Positions 28,981 to 39,318 of a stretch of 64,000 nucleotides of DNA are shown here, in pieces. The notes beneath the pieces were generated by a model. The model had not been told where the DNA came from and searched no databases. It was given only the letters and a program-made list of their open reading frames with translations. Made by a program: the position numbers and the translations under genes. Source of the stretch: Candidatus Obscuribacteraceae bacterium (GTDB lineage Bacteria > Cyanobacteriota > Vampirovibrionia > Obscuribacterales > Obscuribacteraceae); NCBI GenBank assembly GCA_044229845.1, contig JBGASG010000004.1:352001-416000 (forward strand), read 5' to 3'. Position 1 is the first letter of the stretch. Every line of letters begins with the position of its first letter.

Positions 28981-29922
28981 TTACACCTCGAACGTCGTCA
29001 TTTTCAATAGAATCCAGAATCCCAGAAATTCCCACATGATCATGGCAAGGAAGACCAGGCGCGCGATCGGGTGATTCAAGAAGGGAGTGATGTATCCCGG
29101 TGTCATCAGGTAGGTCATTGCTGTAATGAAGTACGGCAGACAACCGATGAACACGGCAGTTGCTTTACCTTGTGCAGTCAGTGCTGCCAGGAAGTCGCGC
29201 AGACGGAATCTTTCACGAATCGCTTCGGCGATTACGGCTACGACGTCTGCCAAGTTTGCACCAACGTCCTGGCTGATGAAGATAGCTTGCGTCAACAGTT
29301 TGAAGTCGGGGGTACGAATACGCGTCGACATCTCGTGCATCACTTCTCTGAACGGTTTGCCGAGCTGCAGCGAAACCAGCGAGCGGCGGAACTCAGAGCG
29401 GATGGGATCGGGCGCTGTTTCAGCCAGAAGCTTGAAACACTCGACGACCGGCGAACCGGCTTTCAGAGAAGACACCATCGATTCCAGAACTTGCGGCAGC
29501 TGCGAAGTCATCTTCGCTTGCCGTTGTTTGACCAGGTGCTTGACGTAGAACACGAAGCCCCAGGCTCCCAGTGCTGGTCCCAGGAAAAGCGACGCCCACA
29601 TCAATTCCGGTGCCTGGAACCAGGCGAGGATGAACATGCCGACGGTGGTGCCGATGGCGGCCATCACCCAGCGTCCTTTCATCTTGTCGTACTGAGATTC
29701 GAGTCCGGCTTGCGCCAGCAATTTGCCGAGGTAGTCGCTGCGCTCTTGCAAGAAGATCGATGCACTGGTGTCGACCAGGCTCGCTTCCTTCTCGGCAATC
29801 CGGCGCTGCTGTTTACCTAGGCGGTTTAGTTCTTCAGTGTAGCCCTGGCGTCCGACCAGCCATGCAACTGTCAGACAGCCAATAATTGAGATGCCGCCAA
29901 AAACTAACCACAGTGTGTCCAT
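28981..29922 (-). CDS. tadB: Tad pilus inner-membrane platform protein TadB
   Basis: QLPQVLESMVSSLKAG, GANLADV, ALTAQGK. Confidence 0.9.
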   Translation of the reverse strand: MDTLWLVFGGISIIGCLTVAWLVGRQGYTEELNRLGKQQRRIAEKEASLVDTSASIFLQERSDYLGKLLAQAGLESQYDKMKGRWVMAAIGTTVGMFILAWFQAPELMWASLFLGPALGAWGFVFYVKHLVKQRQAKMTSQLPQVLESMVSSLKAGSPVVECFKLLAETAPDPIRSEFRRSLVSLQLGKPFREVMHEMSTRIRTPDFKLLTQAIFISQDVGANLADVVAVIAEAIRERFRLRDFLAALTAQGKATAVFIGCLPYFITAMTYLMTPGYITPFLNHPIARLVFLAMIMWEFLGFWILLKMTTFEV

Positions 29923-29994
29923 TCAATTACTCGCTCGTTTATATGGATGAGGGCGGCGCTTTTAACGCCGCCCAATTTCTGATTTTCTTTTTGA

Positions 29995-31602
29995 TTACCG
30001 CAGCCATTCCAGCTTGAACGGAATCGCTTCTTGTTCGATTTGTTCGAGGAACTTGGGCGGCAAACCGGAACCAACGTGACGGCATTTGAAAAATCCGCGT
30101 GGGTCACGACCTTCCCGCTCTAAGTGGAAGAGAGTCGAGATCGCGATGATGTCGCCTTCCATCCCGGTGATTTCCGAGACTTCAGTGACGCGACGGGTAC
30201 CGTCTTCCAGACGTCGAATCTGAATGATCAATTGAATAGCTGATGCGATCAGTTCGCGCGCTGCTTTCGCAGGCATGTCCATACCGCCCATCAGAATCAT
30301 GTTCTCGAGACGCTTCGTGCAGTCGCGTGGTGAGTTGGCGTGAATGGTGGTCATTGAACCAGAGTGACCTGTGTTCATAGCCTGCAACATGTCGAACGCT
30401 TCTTCACCCCGGCATTCTCCCATGATGATGCGGTCGGGGCGCATACGAAGTGTGTTGATGACGAGCTGACGTTGTGTGATTTGACCCTTGCCTTCAATGT
30501 TTGGCGGGCGGGTTTCCATGCGCACCCAGTGCTCGTGTTGCAAGCGCAATTCGGCTGCGTCTTCGATGGTAATGATGCGTTCGCGGGGGTTGATGTGAGC
30601 GGAAAGAGCGTTGAGCAGCGTTGTTTTACCGGAGCCTGTACCACCAGAGATGATGATGTTGATCCGGGCTTTCACGCAGGTCTTCAGCACTTCAGCCATC
30701 TGCAGCGACATAGCGCCTTTCTCGACCAATTGACCGAGAGACATGATCGTCGTACCGAAGCATCGGATTGTCACCGTCGCTCCGTCGATCGATACTGGCG
30801 GGATGGTGGCGTTCACACGTGAACCGTTCGGCAAACGGGCGTCAACCATTGGCGAGTTATCGTCAAGACGTCTGCCCAGGGGCTGAATGATCTTGTCGAT
30901 TGTCTGGCGCAGGTGGCGGTCGTTTTCAAATTGCACCGTCGTTTTTTCAAGACGACCGTGGCGTTCTACATAAATCATGGTCGGCGAGTTGACGCAAATA
31001 TCGCCGATGGACGGGTCTCTCAGTAGAGGACCAAGAGGACCGAATCCGAAGATTTCGTCCAGCACGTTTTGCAGCAAGATACCTTTTTCCATCATGGTCA
31101 AAGGCGCCGGATCGCTGTTGACGATTTCACGGATACGGGCACGCACCTGGGCTTGCGTATCTTCGGAAATCTGGGTCAAACGCGACGTATCCAACTCGCG
31201 GCGCAACTGGTCGATGATCAATTTTTCGCGTTCACGAATCAGAGCCAGGTTGGCTTGAAACTTGCTGGCGTCCTGAGCGTTGGGATCGTGTACCGACTGC
31301 TCATAGTCATCGCGGCGGTCGATGCGTTCGATGTCCGCCTTGCTGACGCCCGGACCTTCCTTAGCGACGGCAGCACCCTGTCCCCCACTGGCGACGCCGG
31401 TTTGCTGACCCTGACCTGCTACGCCCGACGCCGGACCGCGTCCTTGCACGCCGGCTGACTGCTGTTGTCCTTGCAGTCCTGCACCTTGCTGCTGGCTGGG
31501 CGCCACTTCGCCGCCCCCCTGCCGCTGCCGGACAAGCTGACCCATCAAAGAAGATGCCTGTCTAGACGGTAATTGCGCGTCTTTATTTTGGTCGTCGGAC
31601 AT
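29995..31602 (-). CDS. cpaF: Tad pilus assembly ATPase CpaF/TadA
   Basis: [35 protein letters not shown]-rich N-terminal extension. Confidence 0.96.
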   Translation of the reverse strand: MSDDQNKDAQLPSRQASSLMGQLVRQRQGGGEVAPSQQQGAGLQGQQQSAGVQGRGPASGVAGQGQQTGVASGGQGAAVAKEGPGVSKADIERIDRRDDYEQSVHDPNAQDASKFQANLALIREREKLIIDQLRRELDTSRLTQISEDTQAQVRARIREIVNSDPAPLTMMEKGILLQNVLDEIFGFGPLGPLLRDPSIGDICVNSPTMIYVERHGRLEKTTVQFENDRHLRQTIDKIIQPLGRRLDDNSPMVDARLPNGSRVNATIPPVSIDGATVTIRCFGTTIMSLGQLVEKGAMSLQMAEVLKTCVKARINIIISGGTGSGKTTLLNALSAHINPRERIITIEDAAELRLQHEHWVRMETRPPNIEGKGQITQRQLVINTLRMRPDRIIMGECRGEEAFDMLQAMNTGHSGSMTTIHANSPRDCTKRLENMILMGGMDMPAKAARELIASAIQLIIQIRRLEDGTRRVTEVSEITGMEGDIIAISTLFHLEREGRDPRGFFKCRHVGSGLPPKFLEQIEQEAIPFKLEWLR

Positions 31603-31622
31603 GTGAATTTACCCCGTGAGAC

Positions 31623-32831
31623 TTACTTCTTTTTGGAACCAAAGATGGCCGGGAACTTGAATCCACCGCCACCACCACCGGCGGCAGCGCCCTTGTCGCT
31701 GTCCTTCGTGGTGAGCAGAAGCTGTTCACCACCGGTGATGCGCTTAGCCAGCGATTCCAGTGCCTTACCGAGCGCGGTGTGTCCAGGAGCGATTTGACCC
31801 TGGTTGTTGACCCACTTGGCAGTCTTCGGATCGTTGGGGATTTCATGGAATACGGAATAGTTGAGGTTGGCCCGGCACTCGCTCAGCACGTCCTGCGGCA
31901 ACCATTCGGATCTGTTGATGGTGAGCAGCAGTTTTTCCTGGTTGTAGTGAGCTTTAAATGTATCCAGGCACTTACGGGCGTTCAAAATCGCCGCCCAGTT
32001 GTACTCGGTGAGGACCATGACATGATCCGCCAGGTCGAGAGTCGCAATGGCGCGCTCGTCCAGGAGGTTTTTCGGCAGGTCGACAACGGTATAGCGGAAC
32101 TCTTGTTTTGCTGTATAAAGGATCTCTTGCACCTGGGCTGCATAGATGTCCCCGATGTCTTCCAGTTCGGGCGGGGCAGCGAGAATGCTCAACTTGTCAT
32201 CGTACTTGGTCATCAGGTTGCGCAAGTACGTGGCATCAAAGTTGGTGTGCGAGAAGTCGATGGTGCTCAAGCTGAAGGATGGCTCCAGGTTGAGGTAGTG
32301 CGAAATCATACCGAACTGCAAGTCGAGGTCGACGATGCAGGTCTCACCGAATTTGCCCAGATAACCAGCCAGGTTGGTGCAGATGGTGGTGGCGCCAATG
32401 CCACCAGTGGGCGAGAAGATAGCGATAACTTTGCCGGATGCTGTGGACACCGACTCGCTCTGGTGCTTGAGCAAGATGCTCTGCACGGCGGCCGGCAAAT
32501 CTGTACGCCAGCGCTCGGCGTCCAGGAAGTCGCTGGCGCCCAGGCGGTAAGCCGTACGAATCAGTTCCGGATCCGGAACTTCGTAGCTGACAAAGAAATA
32601 GAGCTGTGGGAATGCTTCCCGCAGCTCAGCAAGTAATGACAGTCCGCGGACCGGGGCCGGGCTAAGTTCAATCCAGACAAGCTTGGGATGCAAGCTTCCG
32701 ATTTGTTCTCTAGCCATACCGCCGGAGACGGTTGAGATCAGCGCCAACGATGGCTGGCTGTGAATCAAGTCTTCGATGGTCTGACGCTTATCGAGACCGG
32801 CGTCGCATACAAGCAGCGTAGTCAGTTTCAT
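31623..32831 (-). CDS. cpaE: CpaE/TadZ (pseudo-receiver plus MinD/ParA-like domain)
   Basis: FSPTGGIGATT, VDLDLQFG, VVDLP, IPND. Confidence 0.9.
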   Translation of the reverse strand: MKLTTLLVCDAGLDKRQTIEDLIHSQPSLALISTVSGGMAREQIGSLHPKLVWIELSPAPVRGLSLLAELREAFPQLYFFVSYEVPDPELIRTAYRLGASDFLDAERWRTDLPAAVQSILLKHQSESVSTASGKVIAIFSPTGGIGATTICTNLAGYLGKFGETCIVDLDLQFGMISHYLNLEPSFSLSTIDFSHTNFDATYLRNLMTKYDDKLSILAAPPELEDIGDIYAAQVQEILYTAKQEFRYTVVDLPKNLLDERAIATLDLADHVMVLTEYNWAAILNARKCLDTFKAHYNQEKLLLTINRSEWLPQDVLSECRANLNYSVFHEIPNDPKTAKWVNNQGQIAPGHTALGKALESLAKRITGGEQLLLTTKDSDKGAAAGGGGGGFKFPAIFGSKKK

Positions 32832-33086
32832 GACAGTGCAAATCCCCTAAAAATTGGTCCAACGTCTTCGAGAAAGAATACTTATCGAGAGGTCTATCTA
32901 GTGAGTTGTACCCACTAGGTTTAACTATTCAAGCAGTTTGTCTAAGGACTGTAACGTGTTTCGGGCTTTTATCGGGAAGGAAGCTTTCGCGAGGCTCAGA
33001 GGGTTGGAGGCTCTCGGAGCCTGTCGGAAGCTTGGTCCAGGGGGAAATATGGGAGAGATTCGAGAGGTTTAGGGTCTGAGGACTGA

Positions 33087-33113
33087 AAGGGGGCGGGGCT
33101 AACCCCGCCCCTT
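33087..33113 (-). terminator. Hairpin/terminator after cpaB copy 1
   Basis: GGGGCGGGG-CTAA-CCCCGCCCC stem-loop, followed by TTT on the minus strand. Confidence 0.7.
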
Positions 33114-33138
33114 ACAGTTTCATATCGGCGTGTGCTTC

Positions 33139-34089
33139 TTAGCCTTGCGGTACCGAGAGCACTTCTTTCTTGCCGCCGGACCAGAGCTCGATTTCATGCA
33201 TCGGCGGTGGTTGCGGGGGCAGAGCGCCCATGCCGGGTCCCGGAGCCATTCCGCCGGAGGGACCAGGTCCCGGAAGCGGGGGCGGGGGCAGAGGCGACGG
33301 AGGCAAAACGGCCAACTCTGGTGGCTTTTGCGGTTTCGGGAAGAGCGTTGTTACGTCAACCACGGCCACGGGGGTATGGTCTTTGTCGTTACGCAGCGAG
33401 AGGTAAAGCTGACCGGCTTTGATAGCTTTGACCAACTTTGCCGAATCTTCCGGTGAGACCGAAACTGTTACCGAGGAAGCCGGCTGAGCGCCAGCAGCGC
33501 CAGCTTGCTTTTGGAAGACCTGACCGACGGCGATCACTTCCACATCCGACATGACCGGTGCGACTTTGGTTTCGGCACCAGCTCCGACGGAGCAGAGAAC
33601 GTCGACGTGCGAACCAGGAGCGATGAATCCAGCAACGCCGGTGTTGGTGTCAACAGCGAACGTGATGGCTCTCATGCCTTCCTTGATTTTGCCTTCGAAT
33701 CCAGTTTGCTGGATGCTGGCATGCTTCAGGTGACCGCTAAGTAGGACGGTTCCTTGAGCGATGTTGACGGCAGCGTAGCTACCGGCAGCCATCGATTGCG
33801 AGCTGATCGCGCTTTCCGGCACTTTGGAAGTCTGGATAGATGCTTCTTCCAGGTCATCCGGTGCAATCAGTGCGCCTTCAGCAATATCCTTAGCCGCTTT
33901 TACGATGGTTGTTTTCTGGTTTTTTTCAGCTTCAATGCGGGACAGCAATTCTTGGTTCTTGTTTTCGCTGTCGCTCATTTTGTTCATGACCAGCATCGTC
34001 ACCACGACTGCCAAGCCAAGGATGATGATGAGCATCAGCATTGGAGGCATTCTGGAGAGGCTAAGAAATAACGAACGGAAAGGATTCAT
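33139..34089 (-). CDS. cpaB: Flp pilus assembly protein CpaB, copy 1
   Basis: SAF-like KAAKDIAEG; GMRAITFAVD, GVAGFIAPGSHVDV, LSLRN; start MNPF chosen by alignment with copy 2 (alternative 34095). Confidence 0.93.
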   Translation of the reverse strand: MNPFRSLFLSLSRMPPMLMLIIILGLAVVVTMLVMNKMSDSENKNQELLSRIEAEKNQKTTIVKAAKDIAEGALIAPDDLEEASIQTSKVPESAISSQSMAAGSYAAVNIAQGTVLLSGHLKHASIQQTGFEGKIKEGMRAITFAVDTNTGVAGFIAPGSHVDVLCSVGAGAETKVAPVMSDVEVIAVGQVFQKQAGAAGAQPASSVTVSVSPEDSAKLVKAIKAGQLYLSLRNDKDHTPVAVVDVTTLFPKPQKPPELAVLPPSPLPPPPLPGPGPSGGMAPGPGMGALPPQPPPMHEIELWSGGKKEVLSVPQG

Positions 34090-34404
34090 GTTCATTACCC
34101 CTATTAGTAACGAGAGAAAGATTAACCAGTTACTATTAACGCATATTGGTTAGTTGAGGACAATGATTTCTTGCCCTGCGGAACGCCGTTTCAAAGCGTC
34201 TTGAGAATCTTTTTCTGCTGTCAACTTATCGGCAACTCGCCGTCCTATCTGAAAAGCAGACTGCGCAAGGCTTTGATTTGATGAGCATGTCAACTGCTGA
34301 GGCTGTTTTTGACCGCTTTCCAAGCAATTAAAAATGCCAGTGCGTAACGCATGTTCGTTACAATGAAAGTGCAGTGCATTTGTCAAGGAACCCATGAGAA
34401 CCTG

Positions 34405-35346
34405 ATGGCTACTGAATCCAAGCCACTTGAGATTACAAAAGCTCTGCAGCATTTAGTTTCAGTTGGCAAGGACGGCTGGTGGCCTTATAACGCCGATCAA
34501 ACCGCATACAGCATTGAGGCGACCGCATATGCACTGATTGCATTGCGCCAGAACGCTGACGTGGTCAACAAGTCTGTTGACTTTCTGATATCGGCGCAAT
34601 TGGATTCCGGTGGTTGGGGCACCACACCTGGGGTCGCCGAGTGGGACTACACCACATATCTAGCGCTCTTCGCTTTGAACGTGGCCAGACGCCAACATCC
34701 CGCCATCGTGACGCGCACCGCATCAGCGTGCGCAAAAGCTCACGACCTCTTGCTCGATGGTCGCACGGAATTTTTGACACCGGCCGGCCGCGTCTTTTTT
34801 CTCATGTGGAGCGGTCCCAGTTATGACTATGCGCGCGGCTGGCCGTGGATGGCAAAAACATTTCACTGGGTCGAACCGACCTGCCTAGCTTTATTAGCCA
34901 TTGACGCATCTGAAATTGCCGGCAAGAAACTTTTGAAGGCCGCCGATCACGCACGCGCATATCTGGCTGAGGTCAGTTGTGTCGATGGTGGATGGAACTA
35001 CGGCAACAGAATTGTGCTGGGAGCGCCGGTGCCACCAATGGCGGTCAACACCGCGCAAGGCATTCTCGCCCTGCAAGCTCAGCCGCAAGGCGCACTGGTA
35101 GCCAGCGCACTCGCTTATCTCGATCGCGCCGACAACGAATTCATGAGCATCGTCGAAACCGCCTGGTCCGCTCTGGCTCGCGATGCGGTCGGCAGACCCA
35201 GCGACAAACAGCGCGAAAGACTGGCGAGTCATCAAGCCGAAGACGGCAGTTTCTCGCACAACATCATGGCTTCAGCGATGGCCGCCATCGCCTGCGGCAT
35301 CCCCGAAAACGGTAACCCATTCAAATTTGCAAGTGCACGCTCATGA
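34405..35346 (+). CDS. Prenyltransferase/squalene-cyclase-like repeat protein
   Basis: QLDSGGWG, DGGWNYGN, QAEDGSF repeats; WVEPTCLALLA. Confidence 0.8.
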   Translation: MATESKPLEITKALQHLVSVGKDGWWPYNADQTAYSIEATAYALIALRQNADVVNKSVDFLISAQLDSGGWGTTPGVAEWDYTTYLALFALNVARRQHPAIVTRTASACAKAHDLLLDGRTEFLTPAGRVFFLMWSGPSYDYARGWPWMAKTFHWVEPTCLALLAIDASEIAGKKLLKAADHARAYLAEVSCVDGGWNYGNRIVLGAPVPPMAVNTAQGILALQAQPQGALVASALAYLDRADNEFMSIVETAWSALARDAVGRPSDKQRERLASHQAEDGSFSHNIMASAMAAIACGIPENGNPFKFASARS

Positions 35347-36440
35347 ACGACGACGACAAGAAAAGCGACGATAAAAGGAGCAACTCCAACGACGGCACCA
35401 CGCGCCGCTCTTTTCTGGCTGCGGCTTCCGCCGCATTCGCCATGGGCTCGCTCGCATCATGCGGCACCGATGACCCCGCCACCAACAAATTGAAAGCGAC
35501 TGCCGAGCAGGCTTCCGGAAAGTTTCCAGGACCGTCGCGCGTCGCGCTGGTGCATTGCGAAAATTACAAAGAAGATGTCTTCCAGCTCATCAAGCCGCAT
35601 TTAGAGAAACTACAGCTGCCTGACTTGAAAAACAAAACAGCAGTCCTCAAGATCAATATGGTTGAGTTCCGAGAAGGCAAGCCCATCTTCACCAATCCCG
35701 TCGTCGTGCGCGGCGCCATCGAACTGGTAAAACATCTTGGTGCCCGAGATATTGTCGTCGGCGAAGGACCCGGCCACATGCGGGATACACAATATCTCTT
35801 GCAAGCCACCGGTGTCGGAGATCTATTAAAAGGAATGGGAATTCGTTTTGTCGATCTCAATCTAGATGAGCTTGAAAAGGTCGAGTTAGCGCACTCATTC
35901 AGCAAACTCGATCACTTCATGCTGCCGCGCACCGTCGCTAAAGCGGACGCATTGATTTCGGTGCCCAAACTCAAGACGCACCACTGGGTGGGCATTACCG
36001 CCTCGATGAAAAACCTGTTCGGCATTGTACCGGGCCGCCATTACGGTTGGCCGAAAAACATTTTGCACTGGCACGGCATCGACGAATGCATCCTCGATCT
36101 CAACCGGCTGCGCCGTCCCACCTTCGCCGTCGTCGATGGTGTCGTGGCTATGGAAGGTGATGGGCCGCTGAACGGCGTCGCCAAAGAAACCAAGGTCGTC
36201 GTTGTCGGCAACGATGTAGCCGCCGTCGATGCCACTTGCGCCCGCATCATGCAGCTGCCCGATCTGGACAAGATCAAATATCTGCGCGTCGCCGGCGAAT
36301 GCATCGGCAACACCGCCGTGGACAAAATCGAACTGATCGGTACGCCACTGAATGCAGTGGCGCAGAAATTCGAACTGCCGGCCTGCCTGCAGCCAGGCGG
36401 TATTATGGCCCACATCAAAGTCGGCGAGCTGGACAGCTAG
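35343..36440 (+). CDS. DUF362 domain protein with Tat lipoprotein signal
   Basis: TRRSFL...LASC; LKINMV, PKLKTHH, MKNLFG, MEGDGP. Confidence 0.9.
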   Translation: MNDDDKKSDDKRSNSNDGTTRRSFLAAASAAFAMGSLASCGTDDPATNKLKATAEQASGKFPGPSRVALVHCENYKEDVFQLIKPHLEKLQLPDLKNKTAVLKINMVEFREGKPIFTNPVVVRGAIELVKHLGARDIVVGEGPGHMRDTQYLLQATGVGDLLKGMGIRFVDLNLDELEKVELAHSFSKLDHFMLPRTVAKADALISVPKLKTHHWVGITASMKNLFGIVPGRHYGWPKNILHWHGIDECILDLNRLRRPTFAVVDGVVAMEGDGPLNGVAKETKVVVVGNDVAAVDATCARIMQLPDLDKIKYLRVAGECIGNTAVDKIELIGTPLNAVAQKFELPACLQPGGIMAHIKVGELDS

Positions 36441-36455
36441 CGCTGCAGCCGATCT

Positions 36456-38063
36456 CTACTCCCACTCGATGGTGGCAGGTGGTTTCGACGTGATGTCGTA
36501 CACCACTCGGTTGATGCCGGGCACCTCATTAACGATGCGCCGCGATATGATCTCCAGCAAGTCGTAGGGCAGGCGCGCCCAGTCGGCGGTCATGCCGTCC
36601 TCGCTGGTGACGGCGCGAATCACACAAGTGTTTTGATAGGTTCGCTGGTCTCCCATCACTCCAACAGATTTTGTTGGAAGCAAGACCGCGAATATCTGCC
36701 ACACGCTTCGGTAGAGCTTATGCGCCTTCACTTCTTCGCGCACGATCCAGTCGGCTTCCCGCAATGTCTTCAGCGATTCTTTGGTGACCTCACCGAGCAC
36801 TCTAATGGCCAGCCCCGGTCCCGGGAAGGGATGGCGAACGCGAATGCCTTCCGGCACTCCCAACTCGGCCGCCACGCGTCGTACTTCGTCTTTGAAAAGC
36901 TTGGCAAACGGCTCAATCAGCTTGAACTGCAGATCGGGCGGCAAGCCTCCCACGTTGTGGTGCGACTTGATTTTCACAGCCACTCGTTCGCCGGTTTTCG
37001 GGTCGACCTGCACACCGGATGACTCGATAACATCAGGATACAGCGTGCCCTGTCCGAGGAAGTCGAAGGGACCGAGCCGTTTCGCTTCTTCTTCGAAAAC
37101 GCGGATGAACTGGGCGCCGATAATCTTGCGTTTCTCCTCGGGATCGACAACACCCTGAAGTTTCTCCACAAAGCGATCGCGGGCCTTCACGAATTCCACT
37201 TTGATGTGAAACTCGCGATCGAAGATGTCTACCAGCCATTCCGGTTCGTTCTTGCGCATGAAACCCTGGTCGACGAGCACGCAAGTAAGCTGATCGCCGA
37301 TTGCTTTATGCAAAAGAAACGCCAGAGTCGAACTGTCGACACCACCGGATAGAGCCAGGAGAACTTTTTTCTTGCCGACACGCCCGCGTATCTCTTCGAT
37401 CTGCTCTTCGATAAACTGAGCCATCGTCCATCTTTGCGGCGACTTGCAGATATCGACAACAAAGTTGCGGATTATCTGCTGCCCGCCGACGGTGTGCACC
37501 ACTTCCGGGTGAAATTGCACACCGTACATGTCCCGCTCCTCATCAGCGATCGCAGCGGTGGGCGTGTCCATCGTCCGTGCCACCACCTGAAACCCGGGCG
37601 GTAGCTGCACCACACTGTCGCCATGACTCATCCAGCTGTCGATGCCCGGATCGAGTCCATTAAAGAGCTTTCCATGATGAACGATCGTCAAAAGCGCTCG
37701 CCCGAACTCCCGCACTTTCGCCGGCTCTACGATACCGCCAAGTTCCTGCCCCATCAACTGCATGCCGTAGCAAACGCCAAGCACCGGCAACCCCAACTTA
37801 TATATATTAGGATCCGGTTTGGGGGCGTTCTCTTCGTAAACGCTGCTCGGGCCGCCCGACAGAATGATGCCCAGCGGGTTCAGGCGCTTCAGCTCATCAG
37901 CGCTGATGTGATACGGCAAAAGCTCGGAGAATGTGTTGCACTCCCGTACCCGCCGGGCAATCAACTGCGAATATTGAGACCCGAAGTCGAGGATGGCGAT
38001 CGAATCTTTCAATGCATTGTCCTTGAGATTCGACACGGAGCGAGCCTTTTGCGTCGTAGTCAA
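36456..38063 (-). CDS. guaA: GMP synthase (glutamine-hydrolysing)
   Basis: [47 protein letters not shown]. Confidence 0.98.
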   Translation of the reverse strand: MTTTQKARSVSNLKDNALKDSIAILDFGSQYSQLIARRVRECNTFSELLPYHISADELKRLNPLGIILSGGPSSVYEENAPKPDPNIYKLGLPVLGVCYGMQLMGQELGGIVEPAKVREFGRALLTIVHHGKLFNGLDPGIDSWMSHGDSVVQLPPGFQVVARTMDTPTAAIADEERDMYGVQFHPEVVHTVGGQQIIRNFVVDICKSPQRWTMAQFIEEQIEEIRGRVGKKKVLLALSGGVDSSTLAFLLHKAIGDQLTCVLVDQGFMRKNEPEWLVDIFDREFHIKVEFVKARDRFVEKLQGVVDPEEKRKIIGAQFIRVFEEEAKRLGPFDFLGQGTLYPDVIESSGVQVDPKTGERVAVKIKSHHNVGGLPPDLQFKLIEPFAKLFKDEVRRVAAELGVPEGIRVRHPFPGPGLAIRVLGEVTKESLKTLREADWIVREEVKAHKLYRSVWQIFAVLLPTKSVGVMGDQRTYQNTCVIRAVTSEDGMTADWARLPYDLLEIISRRIVNEVPGINRVVYDITSKPPATIEWE

Positions 38064-38104
38064 AGGTTGGTTCTCCCAGGTTAGTCCTTGGAGCCAATTT
38101 TAAG

Positions 38105-38644
38105 TCAACTGACGTGCCTTGACGAGTAATTGCAAACGAGATCCCGTCTGGATCTTGCTTGGGCGGCGATGAATCTGTTGTTATCCAGTGCCAGCCGATC
38201 CAATATATCGCAGCCGATCGACTCATTGGCGACCAGCGAGTTGCGCACTTCGTCGCTCTCAGCGAGCGCCAGTTGGCGCAGCACCACGTACGGTGTCACG
38301 TTGCTGGCCGCCAGCTGGGCATTGTGCCGGGCGGCCAGCTGCGCGTTATACCGGTCCGCCAGCTGCGCGCTGTATCTTTCTCGGGCGTGGCGCGCCCGCG
38401 CCTGACGCCGGGCCGCCCGTTCAGCCTGACGGCGGACATCCAGATCAGCGTCAATATCAAGTGCCATAAGCGCGTTATCGTTGTTGCCGACTAGGCTCAT
38501 CAACACAGTCAGGGCTCGCACCGGCAAAAGAAGCAGCTTGCCGGCGAACTCAAACAACAGCTCCGCCACTTCCAGCGCGAATTCGAAATCCGCGTTGCGG
38601 TCTTCGTTGCTCTCGGGCGGCGCTTGTACTGCTATCGGAAACAT
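38105..38644 (-). CDS. Hypothetical protein with helical (LRV/HEAT-like) C-terminal repeats
   Basis: AGGAGA RBS; RYSAQLA/RYNAQLA/RHNAQLA repeats; LRQLALAESDEVR, LDRLALDNNRFI. Confidence 0.75.
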   Translation of the reverse strand: MFPIAVQAPPESNEDRNADFEFALEVAELLFEFAGKLLLLPVRALTVLMSLVGNNDNALMALDIDADLDVRRQAERAARRQARARHARERYSAQLADRYNAQLAARHNAQLAASNVTPYVVLRQLALAESDEVRNSLVANESIGCDILDRLALDNNRFIAAQARSRRDLVCNYSSRHVS

Positions 38645-38701
38645 TCTTCTTCTCCTCTTCTCTCTTTCGTCTCTCTCTGGTTCTGCTTTGGCTTGCCTCA
38701 G

Positions 38702-38716
38702 TAGACCGGTCGTCTA
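38702..38716. promoter_or_regulatory. Putative TetR operator TAGACCGGTCGTCTA
   Basis: Exact reverse complement of the site at 40394-40408. Confidence 0.8.
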
Positions 38717-38742
38717 CTTCCTGCCAGCAAAAAACGCCGCAT

Positions 38743-38823
38743 CTACTCGACCACTAGTTCCAGGTCTTCGTTGCGGTTGCGCATTTTGTAGTCGGCGGGG
38801 GCTTGCACTGCTACAGGAAACAT
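38743..38823 (-). pseudogene. 26-aa mini-ORF duplicating the N-terminus of the 38105-38644 gene (truncated copy or leader peptide)
   Basis: MFPVAVQAPADYKMRNRNEDLELVVE* versus MFPIAVQAPPESNEDRNADFEFALE. Confidence 0.7.
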
Positions 38824-38844
38824 CTTCACTTCACATCCATTTAG

Positions 38845-38859
38845 TAGACCGGTCGCCTA
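38845..38859. promoter_or_regulatory. Putative TetR operator TAGACCGGTCGCCTA
   Basis: One mismatch to the 38702 site. Confidence 0.75.
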
Positions 38860-38923
38860 GTTCTTCTCAAAAAAAATTGTCCGGCGCCCAGTTCGTTTCT
38901 CATCCGTTCAATTCGATGCAAGA

Positions 38924-38952
38924 ATAGTAGACCAGTCGTCTAGTGCTGTCAA
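38924..38952 (-). promoter_or_regulatory. Sigma70 promoter overlapped by a TetR operator (38928-38942)
   Basis: Minus strand TTGACA-GCACTAGACGACTGGTC (17 nt)-TACTAT. Confidence 0.8.
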
Positions 38953-39004
38953 CCGCTCGCCAGGTTAAGGCCGGCTCACCTTAGCTCAGTCCCTGCACGA
39001 AGCG

Positions 39005-39092
39005 CGGTTTTGTCACATCAGAGGGCTTCATTTGTGACAAATCGAGGGTGCGGAGCCGGTTTTGTCACATTCGAGGGCTTCGTCTGTGACAA
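39005..39092. repeat. Two direct copies (52-bp period) of TTGTCACA-N15-TGTGACAA
   Basis: CGGTTTTGTCACATCAGAGGGCTTCATTTGTGACAA and CGGTTTTGTCACATTCGAGGGCTTCGTCTGTGACAA. Confidence 0.85.
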
Positions 39093-39318
39093 CACCAGGA
39101 GGGAGTGCGCGCTAACCATATATATGGATATGCGAGAGCATATAGATGCATGCAACAGCGATGGGCGGAGCTTGCGCTCCGCCCATCATTCGATATTCGC
39201 CTTCCACAAGCGGCTCTCTGGTTGCTTCGTACTCGGTTTCCTTCCAGCGTCCTAGGAGGAAATCAGGACATAGCCTCTTACAGTCAGCGTCATCGAAGGT
39301 CTAGTCTCAGTCTCTTTC

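Noticed and set aside
31623..32831. Degenerate Walker A (SPTGGIGAT) in CpaE
   Set aside because: Deviant or inactive P-loops are usual in CpaE/TadZ proteins
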